From an uncultured Acidobacteriota bacterium (GTDB lineage: Bacteria > Acidobacteriota > UBA6911): a stretch of 64,000 nt of DNA. The position numbers and the translations under genes are program-made. The notes beneath the pieces are model-generated. The model was not told the DNA's origin. It was given only the letters and a program-made list of their open reading frames with translations, and made no database searches. Positions 19,949 to 29,035 of this stretch are shown here, piece by piece (positions within the stretch are counted from its first letter, which is position 1; each line of letters opens with the position of its first letter). The stretch spans positions 123,775-187,774 of the forward strand of contig CAWHCF010000050.1 in NCBI GenBank assembly GCA_963827655.1, in the 5' to 3' direction.

Positions 19949-20821
19949 CTAGTTGGCCGGCCTCAGATTTTCGATAAAATCCCGGTCCTTGGTGCCCTGG
20001 TGGCACACGATGCACGAGCGCTGGCCGCGCTCTTCGAGATCGGAGACCAGAGCGTAAGTCAACCCGCGATCAGTCCACGTGATTACTTTTAGCCCGTCGA
20101 TCGAGTCGTAGTGGAACGTAATGCCCTTTGAAACGATTCTCTCTCCGCCTCGAGGGACCGCTGCCGAGGCGGACGTGATCACGAGTGAAATCGGGCGCTT
20201 CCGCATTTGATACGCCACGTATGCCGCGTAATCATTTCTGAACCCGACCAATCGGGCGCCCTCAATCTGATACAGCTTTTCCTGGCCCGACGACTCCTGG
20301 TAGTTAGGCAGCTCCACGCGGAAGGGAACCTTGCCGGCAAACCACGTGGAGATTTCTTGCGGCGAATCCGACGTGATCTCGAGTGGAAGCTGGCCTCGCA
20401 AGTGTCGCAGGTGAGTGTCTACGGCCATCCTCGCAAAGTTGAACGATCCACCCCAGTACCATAGGATGGCTAGTACGACGGCGATCGCGGCGCCGGCCGG
20501 CATCAGATACGGCCTCCAATTCGCGCGTGTCGTCGTTTTCCTGAGGAAGCGCTGGAGACGATTACGAAATTCCGGAGAGGCGGTGTAAGAGGGAGGCGCT
20601 TCGTTGAGAACTTGTTCGATCCGGGCCCGGAGAACCGGTGATGCCGTGTAGAGAGGCGCTGCCTGGCGGACGATGTCCATCAGACGGCGCTCACGGTCCA
20701 CCTTCTCGCGGCAGCCCTCGCATTTCCTCAAGTGTTCGGCGAAGGCAGCCAGTTCGGCGTCGCGCAATTCATCGTCCAGATAGTAGGCCATCTGGCCAAG
20801 GAGCTCATCACAAGGAGTCAT
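19949..20821 (-). CDS. Transmembrane anti-sigma factor (zf-HC2/ZAS)
   Basis: N-terminal YLDDEL...HLRKCEGC, one TM helix and a C-terminal CIVCH. ATGA-coupled to the ECF sigma gene. Confidence 0.88.
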   Translation of the reverse strand: MTPCDELLGQMAYYLDDELRDAELAAFAEHLRKCEGCREKVDRERRLMDIVRQAAPLYTASPVLRARIEQVLNEAPPSYTASPEFRNRLQRFLRKTTTRANWRPYLMPAGAAIAVVLAILWYWGGSFNFARMAVDTHLRHLRGQLPLEITSDSPQEISTWFAGKVPFRVELPNYQESSGQEKLYQIEGARLVGFRNDYAAYVAYQMRKRPISLVITSASAAVPRGGERIVSKGITFHYDSIDGLKVITWTDRGLTYALVSDLEERGQRSCIVCHQGTKDRDFIENLRPAN

Positions 20822-21375
20822 ATTTTCCTATGCGCAGCTTCCGGCCGCCACTGACCGAGCAATGACCGGAGCTTCTGCCGCGCTCGTCCGAGCCGCGACA
20901 TCACGGTGCCAACCGGACACCGCAAGATCTTGGCGATCTGTTGATAACTGAAACCTTCGATGACGCGGAGCACGACGATTTCGCCATAGAGCTGCGGGAG
21001 GCTCTCGATTGCGGCGCGCACCTCCTCCCGTTTGAGCTTTCGCACCAGGGCTGCGTGCGGGTCATTGCCTTTGCCGTCCAGCCATTCGGCGGGTCCCTCC
21101 TCCTCGGGCTCGAGTCCCACGAAATTCGGGCGGCTATGGGCATGGCGAATCTGGTTGAGCCAGATGTTACGCATGATAACGAACAGCCAGCTCTTGAGGT
21201 TGCTGTCAGCCACCAACTGGCCGAAAGCACGCACGGCCCGGAGGTAGGTCTCCTGGACCAGGTCCTCCGCTTCGGCTTGATTGCGAGTCAGCGTCATGGC
21301 AAACCCGTAGAGCGCATCGAGGTACTCGAGCGATGCTTGCCTGAAGGACTCGCTGCTTTTATCAACTTCGCTCAT
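20818..21375 (-). CDS. ECF RNA polymerase sigma factor
   Basis: AEDLVQETYLRA, KSWLFVIMRN and GFSYQQIAKILRCPVGTVMSRLGRAR. Probable start MSEVDK at 21375. Confidence 0.92.
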   Translation of the reverse strand: MSEVDKSSESFRQASLEYLDALYGFAMTLTRNQAEAEDLVQETYLRAVRAFGQLVADSNLKSWLFVIMRNIWLNQIRHAHSRPNFVGLEPEEEGPAEWLDGKGNDPHAALVRKLKREEVRAAIESLPQLYGEIVVLRVIEGFSYQQIAKILRCPVGTVMSRLGRARQKLRSLLGQWRPEAAHRKI

Positions 21376-21623
21376 TCCGGAGGCTCCGAATTTCGCTCTG
21401 CTCTTATAAGAACACGCGTCCGAAGCGATAATTCCCGGACTCGAAAAAAATTTTGCCAGGCCAGGGAATAAATCGGCGCCACCGGTGTTATTGACCACAG
21501 CAGGATAAGTTGCAAGTTCGAATTTATCTTCGCGAGGGTTTCCCCCCAATCAGGTGTGGCAGCGGGCGATGTCGCCCTGCGGAAGAATCGAAAGTTGCTC
21601 AACCGTTTAATGGAGGCAGCATC

Positions 21624-23015
21624 ATGAGCACAAGAATTGCAAAGCTCAGCCTGGTCGCTTGCTTTGTGGCCGGCGTCTGGTTATCGGTGATCGCCCAGGA
21701 GAAAAGGGAATCCAGCTATGCGCCGGTGGTTACCAACGAGCCGTTTGCCACCACCCTGGCTCGGATGAAGGCCGCCAAGAAGGGGGTCATGGACCGGCAA
21801 ATGGCGCTTCTCAACGAGCGCTACGACCTCTCGAAGCGAGAGGCAAAGGACGTGAAGATGACGCGCGGCAAGCCGATACCGGAAGGACCGGCGACCAAAC
21901 TTGCGAGCGGCCTCACGTGGGACAAGCTGGGCGCCATGAGTCCCGACCAGATCAAGGATGGCGGACACTTCCCGGCGGGATTCATGCCGCTGCCGCACGC
22001 GAACCACCCGGAAGGTGGAATGCTCTTCCCTAAGATGATGATTGATCTGTTAAACAAGATGGGGGAAGGGAATCGGCTGGAACGGTTCGACCTCGATTTC
22101 GATTTGCCTGAACATTTTCTGCCGGAGTTCCCGCCCGCAATCTTCCTGATCACCCGCCCCGACCTGGGCGATGTCTCCCAGGGCAAGCTGGTGACGCTCG
22201 ACAACTTTTTCGAACTCTTCAACGGGATAATGAATCCGAAACAACTGGACGGCCTGCGGCTCCTGGTAAGCCAGTTTCCCCAGCAGCAGTTCAACAATAC
22301 GGACGATCGCAGAACCGAAAAGCCGAGCCGAGGCGTGACCTGTCTGGATTGCCACGTCAACGGCCACACCAACGGCGCGACCCACCTGATAGGCGACATC
22401 CGTCCGCAGGCGCACCGGCGCCGGATCGAAACGCCTTCGCTGCGCGGAGTCAATATCCAGCGGCTGTTCGGCTCCCAGCGGGCGCTGAAATCGGTTGAGG
22501 ATTTCACGGAGTTCGAACAGCGCGCGGCTTACTTCGACGGCGACCCGGTCATCGCGACCAAGAAGGGAGTCAACGTACTGGACCGCGGCAGTGCTGTTCA
22601 CGAAATGGCCGAGGTCCAGGAACTGTTCGACTTTCCACCCGCGCCTAAACTCAACGTGTACGGGAAACTTGACCCCGCGAAAGCCAGCCAGTCCGAGATC
22701 AGGGGCGAGGCGCTCTTCTTCGGCAAGGCCAACTGCTCGATCTGTCATACCCCGCCTTATTACACCGATAATCTGATGCACGACTTGAAGGTCGATCGCT
22801 TCTTCAAGCCGCGGACCATCAATGGCTTGATGGCGACGGCGCAGGGCCCGATCAAGACCTTCCCGCTGCGCGGCATCAAGGAATCGCCGCCTTACTTCCA
22901 CGACGGGCGGCTTCTTACCCTCGAGGATACGGTTGAGTTTTTCAATGTGATTCTCAGCCTGAAACTGGCGGCACAGGAGAAGAGCGACCTGGTTGCGTTC
23001 CTTCGAGCGCTCTGA
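21624..23015 (+). CDS. Periplasmic di-heme cytochrome c (bCcP/MauG superfamily)
   Basis: Signal peptide, CLDCH and CSICH heme motifs, TPSLRG, and KTFPLRGIKESPPYFHDGRLLTLED. GGAGG RBS before ATG 21624. Confidence 0.85.
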   Translation: MSTRIAKLSLVACFVAGVWLSVIAQEKRESSYAPVVTNEPFATTLARMKAAKKGVMDRQMALLNERYDLSKREAKDVKMTRGKPIPEGPATKLASGLTWDKLGAMSPDQIKDGGHFPAGFMPLPHANHPEGGMLFPKMMIDLLNKMGEGNRLERFDLDFDLPEHFLPEFPPAIFLITRPDLGDVSQGKLVTLDNFFELFNGIMNPKQLDGLRLLVSQFPQQQFNNTDDRRTEKPSRGVTCLDCHVNGHTNGATHLIGDIRPQAHRRRIETPSLRGVNIQRLFGSQRALKSVEDFTEFEQRAAYFDGDPVIATKKGVNVLDRGSAVHEMAEVQELFDFPPAPKLNVYGKLDPAKASQSEIRGEALFFGKANCSICHTPPYYTDNLMHDLKVDRFFKPRTINGLMATAQGPIKTFPLRGIKESPPYFHDGRLLTLEDTVEFFNVILSLKLAAQEKSDLVAFLRAL

Positions 23016-23038
23016 GGATAGCGCTAGGGACAAGAGTC

Positions 23039-23075
23039 ACCACTAAGACGCGAGGACGCGAAGAAACACCAAGAA
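23039..23075 (+). repeat. Representative of the dispersed ACCAC-(NAAGACNC)n repeat family (about 16 copies)
   Basis: accac taagacgc gaggacgc gaagaaacac caagaa. Other copies near 3247, 19353, 19894(-), 24362(-), 24416, 24808, 28694(-), 28733, 38791, 42203(-), 44051/44270, 54501, 57107(-), 57149 and 62506. Confidence 0.85.
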
Positions 23076-23083
23076 GGTTGCGG

Positions 23084-24337
23084 CTAGGCCTCGTCCGCGC
23101 CCTTCAATATCGCCGACACATCTTTGATCCCCACGCCGGGGCCGGACGGCACTGTCATCTTGCCGTCCTTGACGGTGATCGGCGGGTCGAACCAGGTCCC
23201 GTATTTCTCTGTCCCCAACTTGTATTCCTGGTAACGTCCGATGTCGGGGACGCACGAAGCGAAATGCAGCATGTACACAAATCCGAATCCGCCCGAGATA
23301 TGCACCGTAGTCGGAATCTTGGCGAGTGCCGCCATCCGTGCCACGCGCACCGACCGGATCATCCCGCCGTAGTAATGCAAGTCGGGCTGCACGATATCGA
23401 CACCCCGGTTGGCGATCATCCACCGGAAACGCCAGTGGCTCGACTCCTGCTCGCCGCCCGCAACCGGGATGGTCAGCGTGTCCGCGACCACCTTGGTCTC
23501 ATCGAGTTCATCGAACGGGCACGGCTCTTCGAAGTAGACGGCCTTGACCTCTTCGAGCATCCGGCCGACTTTGATAGCCAGCGGCGGATCGTACGAGCTG
23601 TTGGAATCGGCATGGATGTCGATTCCGTCGCCGACGGTTTTCCGCACCAGCGGGATCAGCTTTTCGGTCCGGCCCGGCATCGCATCCGCGTTCCGGCTCA
23701 TCCGCCCGCCGACCCGGAATTTCAAGGCCTTCGCTCCTGATTGTTCCAGGAGTTTTGCCAGATATTCGACCTCCTGTTCCGGCGTCGTGTCGCGCCGACC
23801 GCTGGCCACGTAGATGGCGACGTTCTGCCGGACAATGTTTCCCAGCAGCGCTCCCATCGGCTGGCCTGCGATCCGCCCTAACATGTCCAGAATCGCGAAT
23901 TCGACCCAGGCCTGCGGGCTCCATAGCGCCAGACCGTGCAGCTTGTAGTTATCCTGCCATCGGTACAGATCCCACAATAGATCTTCCAGGTCGCGCGCGT
24001 CCTTGCCGATGAAAAAAGGGATCAGCAGTTGTTTGAGAATCTTGTCCAGGTACTGCGCCCGCGGCGGGTTGGTCAGCGAGACTCCCTCCGCCCCGTCCTT
24101 CGACCGCACATGGACGAAGTACTCGCGATCCTTCTTCAGCAGTTTGATCGATTCGATGATCACCGGCGATTTCAGCCGGTCGCGCCTCAGTACCGGAGCC
24201 GCGGCCGCCCGGTCCAGTTCCTCCACCCTCGGACTGGACCGCGTCGTCTTATCCAGCTTGCGCTCGTCCTCGGCCGCCAGCCCGATCGCTCCTAATCCCG
24301 CGGCGCCTGTGAGAAAACTCCGCCGGTTTACCTGCAT
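23084..24337 (-). CDS. Mandelate racemase/muconate lactonizing enzyme family enolase with Tat signal
   Basis: NRRSFL Tat motif, AILDMLGR, KALKFR, HADSN, YFEEP, GGEQ and VDIVQPD. AGGAGG RBS before ATG 24337. Confidence 0.88.
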   Translation of the reverse strand: MQVNRRSFLTGAAGLGAIGLAAEDERKLDKTTRSSPRVEELDRAAAAPVLRRDRLKSPVIIESIKLLKKDREYFVHVRSKDGAEGVSLTNPPRAQYLDKILKQLLIPFFIGKDARDLEDLLWDLYRWQDNYKLHGLALWSPQAWVEFAILDMLGRIAGQPMGALLGNIVRQNVAIYVASGRRDTTPEQEVEYLAKLLEQSGAKALKFRVGGRMSRNADAMPGRTEKLIPLVRKTVGDGIDIHADSNSSYDPPLAIKVGRMLEEVKAVYFEEPCPFDELDETKVVADTLTIPVAGGEQESSHWRFRWMIANRGVDIVQPDLHYYGGMIRSVRVARMAALAKIPTTVHISGGFGFVYMLHFASCVPDIGRYQEYKLGTEKYGTWFDPPITVKDGKMTVPSGPGVGIKDVSAILKGADEA

Positions 24338-24596
24338 AAGCTTCACCTCCTGAGAAAAAGATTCCTGGTGAATCTTCGTGTCTTTGGGTCCTGGTGGTCT
24401 ATGTTTCACAGCGCTACCACGAAGACACGAAGACACGAAGATGTCAAGCGGCAGCCTCATTTTCCCTTGTCACCCCAAGGCTCGAGGTCTAGATTGGCTT
24501 GCTGAAGAGTCAACATTGAATTTGAATCCTCGACCGGGGGAGAGCTGCGTATGATTTGGATGAGCCATCCAGCCCCATTCCTTACAGCAATCCTGA

Positions 24597-24779
24597 TACT
24601 CGGTTTTCAAACCGGTATATGAGATGACGGGCACCGACTTCAGTCTGAGGCAGGGCGGCGCGGCGGTGGACGCCGGATGCCGGCTGCCGAATGTCAATGA
24701 CGATTTCACGGGCCGCGGCCCTGACCTGGGCGCGCTGGAACTGGACCGCCCGGTTCCGGTCTACGGCCCAAGGCGTTGA
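24597..24779 (+). pseudogene. Orphan C-terminal fragment of a secreted beta-helix/choice-of-anchor-Q-like protein
   Basis: Manual translation gives VFKPVYEMTGTDFSLRQGGAAVDAGCRLPNVNDDFTGRGPDLGALELDRPVPVYGPRR-stop. An in-frame stop lies immediately upstream and no 5' part is visible. Confidence 0.6.
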
Positions 24780-24868
24780 ATTCTCCGCGAGGGTCGTCCA
24801 CAGACCAACCACGGAGACGCGAAGAAGCGGCCAGGTGTCTTGTAGAAGAGAGGGAGGAAAGTCGATCT

Positions 24869-26389
24869 ATGAAACGATGGATGCCATTTTTACTGGTGAC
24901 GGCGCTGCTGGGCGCATTGTGCGCTGCTTCTTTTGGTCAGACCCGGAAGCGTCCCAACATTCTATTGGCCATCTCGGACGACCAATCGTATCCCTACACC
25001 TCCGCCTACGGGCATAAAGGCGTTCGGACCCCCGCGTTTGACCAGGTCGCGAAAAGGGGGATGCTCTTCAACAATGCATTCGTCGCTTCTCCTGGGTGCA
25101 GCCCTTCGCGAGCCGCGCTGTTGACGGGCCGCCATACCTGGCAGCTCGAACATGCGGGCACTCATGCCAGTTCGTTCTCGCCGAAATACGCGGTTTATCC
25201 TGACCTCCTCGAACGCGACGGATACTTCGTTGGTTATACCGGAAAAGGTTGGGGACCGGGCGATTGGAAGGTGGGGGGGCGCACTCGCAATCCGGCCGGT
25301 CCGGAGTACAGTCAGCATAAACAGAAGTCCGTCCGGCCAGGCACCAACCCTATCGACTATGCGGCTAACTTCCAGGCTTTTCTGGCCGGCAGACCCAAGG
25401 ATCAACCATTCTGCTTCTGGTATGGAGGGCACGAGCCTCACCGCGCTTTCGCACAAGGGACCGGCCTCAAGGCGGGCAAGAAGCTCGAGGATGTTGAAGT
25501 TCCTCCCTTCCTCCCCGACACTCCGGAAATCCGCAGCGATCTCCTCGACTATCTTGTCGAGATCGAATGGTTCGATCAGCACCTGGGCCGCATGCTGAAA
25601 ATGCTGGAAGAGGCTGGAGAACTCGACAACACCCTGGTGGTTGTGACCAGCGACAACGGCATGTCCTTCCCGCGCGCCAAGGCGAATCTCTACGAATACG
25701 GGATCCACGTCCCGCTTACCATCAGCTGGCCGGGGAACGTGCCGGCTGGACGCGTTGTCGACACACCGGTCAGCCTGGTCGACCTCGCGCCGACGATCCT
25801 CGAAGCCGCGGGTGTCAAGCACCCTGGAGCGCCGCCGATGGTGGGGCGCAGCCTCATGGGGCTTCTTAAATCGGGCGCCGATGACGCGTCGCGGCAAATG
25901 ATCTTCAGCGCTCGCGAGCGGCACTCGTCCTCGCGTCATGACAACCTTGGCTATCCCAGCCGAGTGGTCCGCACTCGCGAGTATCTCTACATCCGAAACT
26001 TGAAGCCTGAACGCTGGCCGGCCGGCGATCCTCGGAAGTATGAAGAGAGCGGCGAACTCGGGCCCATGCACGGGGGCTACCACGACATCGACGAAGCGCC
26101 AACTTTGAGTTTCCTGGTCGCAAATCACAATGACCCTAAAATCGGCCGATTCTTGCACCTTGCCGTGGACAAACGCCCGGCCGAGGAGCTATACGACATC
26201 CGTCAGGATCGCGGCTGTCTCAACAACCTCGCGCAGTCCGCTCAACACGCGGATGTGAAAAAGCAGCTGGCCGCGGCTCTGGAGCGATACTTGACCGACA
26301 CTCATGACCCGCATATGGCGAAGCGGGGCGAAGTGTTCGAAACCTATCCGCGCTACTCGCCTATTCGTAAGTTTCCCCCCTCTCCGTGA
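24869..26389 (+). CDS. Formylglycine-dependent sulfatase (S1; sulfamidase-like)
   Basis: Signal peptide, RPNILLAISDD, CSPSRAALLTG and SDNG...RAKANLYE.G. GGAGG RBS. Confidence 0.92.
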   Translation: MKRWMPFLLVTALLGALCAASFGQTRKRPNILLAISDDQSYPYTSAYGHKGVRTPAFDQVAKRGMLFNNAFVASPGCSPSRAALLTGRHTWQLEHAGTHASSFSPKYAVYPDLLERDGYFVGYTGKGWGPGDWKVGGRTRNPAGPEYSQHKQKSVRPGTNPIDYAANFQAFLAGRPKDQPFCFWYGGHEPHRAFAQGTGLKAGKKLEDVEVPPFLPDTPEIRSDLLDYLVEIEWFDQHLGRMLKMLEEAGELDNTLVVVTSDNGMSFPRAKANLYEYGIHVPLTISWPGNVPAGRVVDTPVSLVDLAPTILEAAGVKHPGAPPMVGRSLMGLLKSGADDASRQMIFSARERHSSSRHDNLGYPSRVVRTREYLYIRNLKPERWPAGDPRKYEESGELGPMHGGYHDIDEAPTLSFLVANHNDPKIGRFLHLAVDKRPAEELYDIRQDRGCLNNLAQSAQHADVKKQLAAALERYLTDTHDPHMAKRGEVFETYPRYSPIRKFPPSP

Positions 26390-26477
26390 TCGAGGAGGGA
26401 ATTACCATTCTTTGCGCCTTGGCGGTTCGGTTTTGTTATCGCCGGTGCGCCGCCACTGCAACACGGAAGACGAATTC

Positions 26478-27401
26478 ATGACAGAAGTCCTGAGCGTACA
26501 CGAGATCTCAAAGACCTTCGGCAGTGTCCGGGCTGTGGACGGCGTGTCTTTTTCGATTCGGAAGGGATCCATCACAGGGCTGCTGGGACGGAACGGCGCC
26601 GGCAAGACGACGATGCTGCGGATGATCAACGGCATCTTTCTGCCCGATCGGGGGACGATCGAAATCTTCGGTTCGGCGAATCACGCTTCCGCCCGCGACC
26701 GCATCGGGTATCTGCCTGAGGAGCGGGGGCTCTACAAGAAGATGAAAGTGACGGAGCAGCTCCTCTTCCTCTCCGAGATCAAGTCGCTCAAGCCGGTGAC
26801 GGTGAAGGCGCGAGCGGAGAGCTGGTTGAAGCGTCTCGAGCTGTGGGAAAAGCGCGACAGCAGGGTGGACGCGCTGTCCAAGGGGAACCAGCAAAAGGTG
26901 CAGCTGATCGGCGCTCTCTTGCACGATCCGGAGCTGGTGATCCTGGATGAGCCGATGTCGGGGCTTGACCCGGTTAATGTCGTACTCATCCGACGTATTT
27001 TGAGGGAGCTGCGGGAGGAGGGTCGCACGATCCTGCTTTCGACCCACATGATGGGAGAGGCGGAAAAGATGGTGGACGAGATACTGCTCATTCACGAGGG
27101 AAAGGTTGTCTTGTCCGGCGAGCTTGACAGCGTTCGATCCTCCTTCGGGAAGAACACCGTCCATTTGTCCTTCGAGGGAGATGGATCCTTTCTCGCTTCC
27201 GCTCCCGGCGTCGGAAGGGCAACTGTCCAGAACAACGTGGCGGAGATCCAATTGAAGGATGGGGCGGATCCGCATAAGCTCCTCGAGGTGGCGATCGGAA
27301 GGCTGCGGATCAGCCGTTTCGAAGTCGCCGCGCCTTCGCTCGAAGAGATTTTTATCGACCGGGTTGGGGCAGGAACTCTTGAAGCAGAGGTGTCGCCATG
27401 A
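26478..27401 (+). CDS. ABC transporter ATP-binding protein (ABC-2/NatA-like)
   Basis: Walker A GRNGAGKT, signature LSKGNQQ, Walker B VILDEP, and C-terminal PSLEEIF. Confidence 0.92.
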   Translation: MTEVLSVHEISKTFGSVRAVDGVSFSIRKGSITGLLGRNGAGKTTMLRMINGIFLPDRGTIEIFGSANHASARDRIGYLPEERGLYKKMKVTEQLLFLSEIKSLKPVTVKARAESWLKRLELWEKRDSRVDALSKGNQQKVQLIGALLHDPELVILDEPMSGLDPVNVVLIRRILRELREEGRTILLSTHMMGEAEKMVDEILLIHEGKVVLSGELDSVRSSFGKNTVHLSFEGDGSFLASAPGVGRATVQNNVAEIQLKDGADPHKLLEVAIGRLRISRFEVAAPSLEEIFIDRVGAGTLEAEVSP

Positions 27402-28690
27402 ACAAGATGTGGGCGATCTTCAAACGCGAGTACCTCCAGGTGGTTCGAAAGCGGTCTTTTCTCATTCTGACAATGCTCGGCCCGATTCTGCTCGCCGGCC
27501 TGATGATCATTCCCGCGTTTCTCGCGGTGAAGGGCCTGGGCGCAAAACGCGTCGCCATAGTGGATGGCACGGAGCGTCTGGCCGAAGCATTCGCGGCCAG
27601 GCAAACCGCGTCCGCGACAAAACGTGGCCAAACGGGACCTTCTTTGCTCGAGTTCGAGTACACGGCAAGCAAGGAGGACCCGGCGACGTCATCCCAGGCA
27701 TTTCTGAAGCAGTTGAGCGACGATGGGGCCAAGACGAAGCGGCTCGACGGCGTGCTCGTGATCCCGCGAGACGCTGTGGAGAACCCGGCAGTGAAACTGA
27801 CCTATTACAGCCGCACTGCGGCGGACCTCATGACCAGAGAGCGCCTCGAACGGATTGTCAACCGGGCCGTGTCCCGGCATCGTCTCGCCTCGCGCGGCAT
27901 CACCCCTTCGGAAAGCGACAATCTTTTGAAAGCACTTCCGATCGAGGCTGTCCAGATCTCCAAGACCGGCGAGCGCAAGACCGGGGGCGAACGCGGCTTC
28001 TTCGTGGCATTCGCGTTTGTCGGGCTGCTCTTCATCCCCATGCTCATCTACGGGCAGGAGATCATGCGCGGGATCGTGGCTGAGAAAACGGACCGCATCG
28101 TAGAGATCCTGATCTCTTCGATGTCGCCGATGCAACTTTTGAGCGGCAAGATCCTGGGGCTGGCGGCGGTGGGACTGACCCAGATCGCGATCTGGCTCCT
28201 GATGGCAGGGGTCGGCATCATGTACGGAGTCGGATTCGCGCCGACGGGAGTTGATGCCGCACAGCTTGTCGAAGCGCGCCTTCTGCCATTCTTCTTTCTT
28301 TTCTACCTGCTTGGATACTTGATTTACGTTTGCGTCTACGCGGCCGGCGGGGCGATAGCCAACTCGGAAAAAGAAGCCCAGCAGCTTTTGACCCCACTGG
28401 TTTTCTTCATGATGGTTCCCTGGATTCTTGCCATGCCTATTATCCAGAATCCGGAGTCGGGGTTGGCCGTGGCTCTATCGCTGACGCCGGTTTTCAGCCC
28501 GCTGACGATGTTCATGCGGATCGTCGTCTCGGAGCCTCCCTTCTGGCAGGTCACTCTGTCGGTCGTCATTTCGCTTGCCACCATCTATGTCATGTTCTGG
28601 ATTACCGGCAAGATCTTCCGCGTGGGTATTCTCTCCTACGGCAAGCGCCCCACGCTTCCGGAGCTGTGGCGGTGGCTGAAAGTGGCGTGA
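27398..28690 (+). CDS. ABC-2 transporter permease (NatB/YhaP-like)
   Basis: One N-terminal TM, a large loop and five further TMs, with EKTDRIVEILISS and GKILG motifs. ATGA-coupled to the ATPase gene. Confidence 0.9.
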   Translation: MNKMWAIFKREYLQVVRKRSFLILTMLGPILLAGLMIIPAFLAVKGLGAKRVAIVDGTERLAEAFAARQTASATKRGQTGPSLLEFEYTASKEDPATSSQAFLKQLSDDGAKTKRLDGVLVIPRDAVENPAVKLTYYSRTAADLMTRERLERIVNRAVSRHRLASRGITPSESDNLLKALPIEAVQISKTGERKTGGERGFFVAFAFVGLLFIPMLIYGQEIMRGIVAEKTDRIVEILISSMSPMQLLSGKILGLAAVGLTQIAIWLLMAGVGIMYGVGFAPTGVDAAQLVEARLLPFFFLFYLLGYLIYVCVYAAGGAIANSEKEAQQLLTPLVFFMMVPWILAMPIIQNPESGLAVALSLTPVFSPLTMFMRIVVSEPPFWQVTLSVVISLATIYVMFWITGKIFRVGILSYGKRPTLPELWRWLKVA

Positions 28691-29035
28691 CACGTCTTCG
28701 TGTCTTAGCGGTTGGTTTTTGTTCCCCCGCCTAACCACGAAGACTCGAAGACACCAAGAAACGCGAAGCATCTCAACTAAATCGTCCTGGCCAATTAGCA
28801 TCGAAGAGCTTATAATCTGATTCTTCTTGGCAATCACGGCGTTTTAATCCCTTTTCTTCGCAGTGAAGTGTGCGAAGTCGCGTCTCTAATCGCGCTTGGC
28901 CAATTCCTTCTCCTCGCCGCCGGTTGTTTTAAACGTATGGTGAAGCTGTTCCGCAAGTTTCCCGTGAAATTCCACCTGAGCCCGCCCTATCTTTCCATCA
29001 GCCCCTTGAAACAAATTCCTATTGGTTAATTGGAC

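Noticed and set aside
24416-24440. GAAGACAC repeats considered as a CRISPR array
   Set aside because: Units are 8 nt and tandem with no unique spacers, copies are dispersed, and no cas genes are present.
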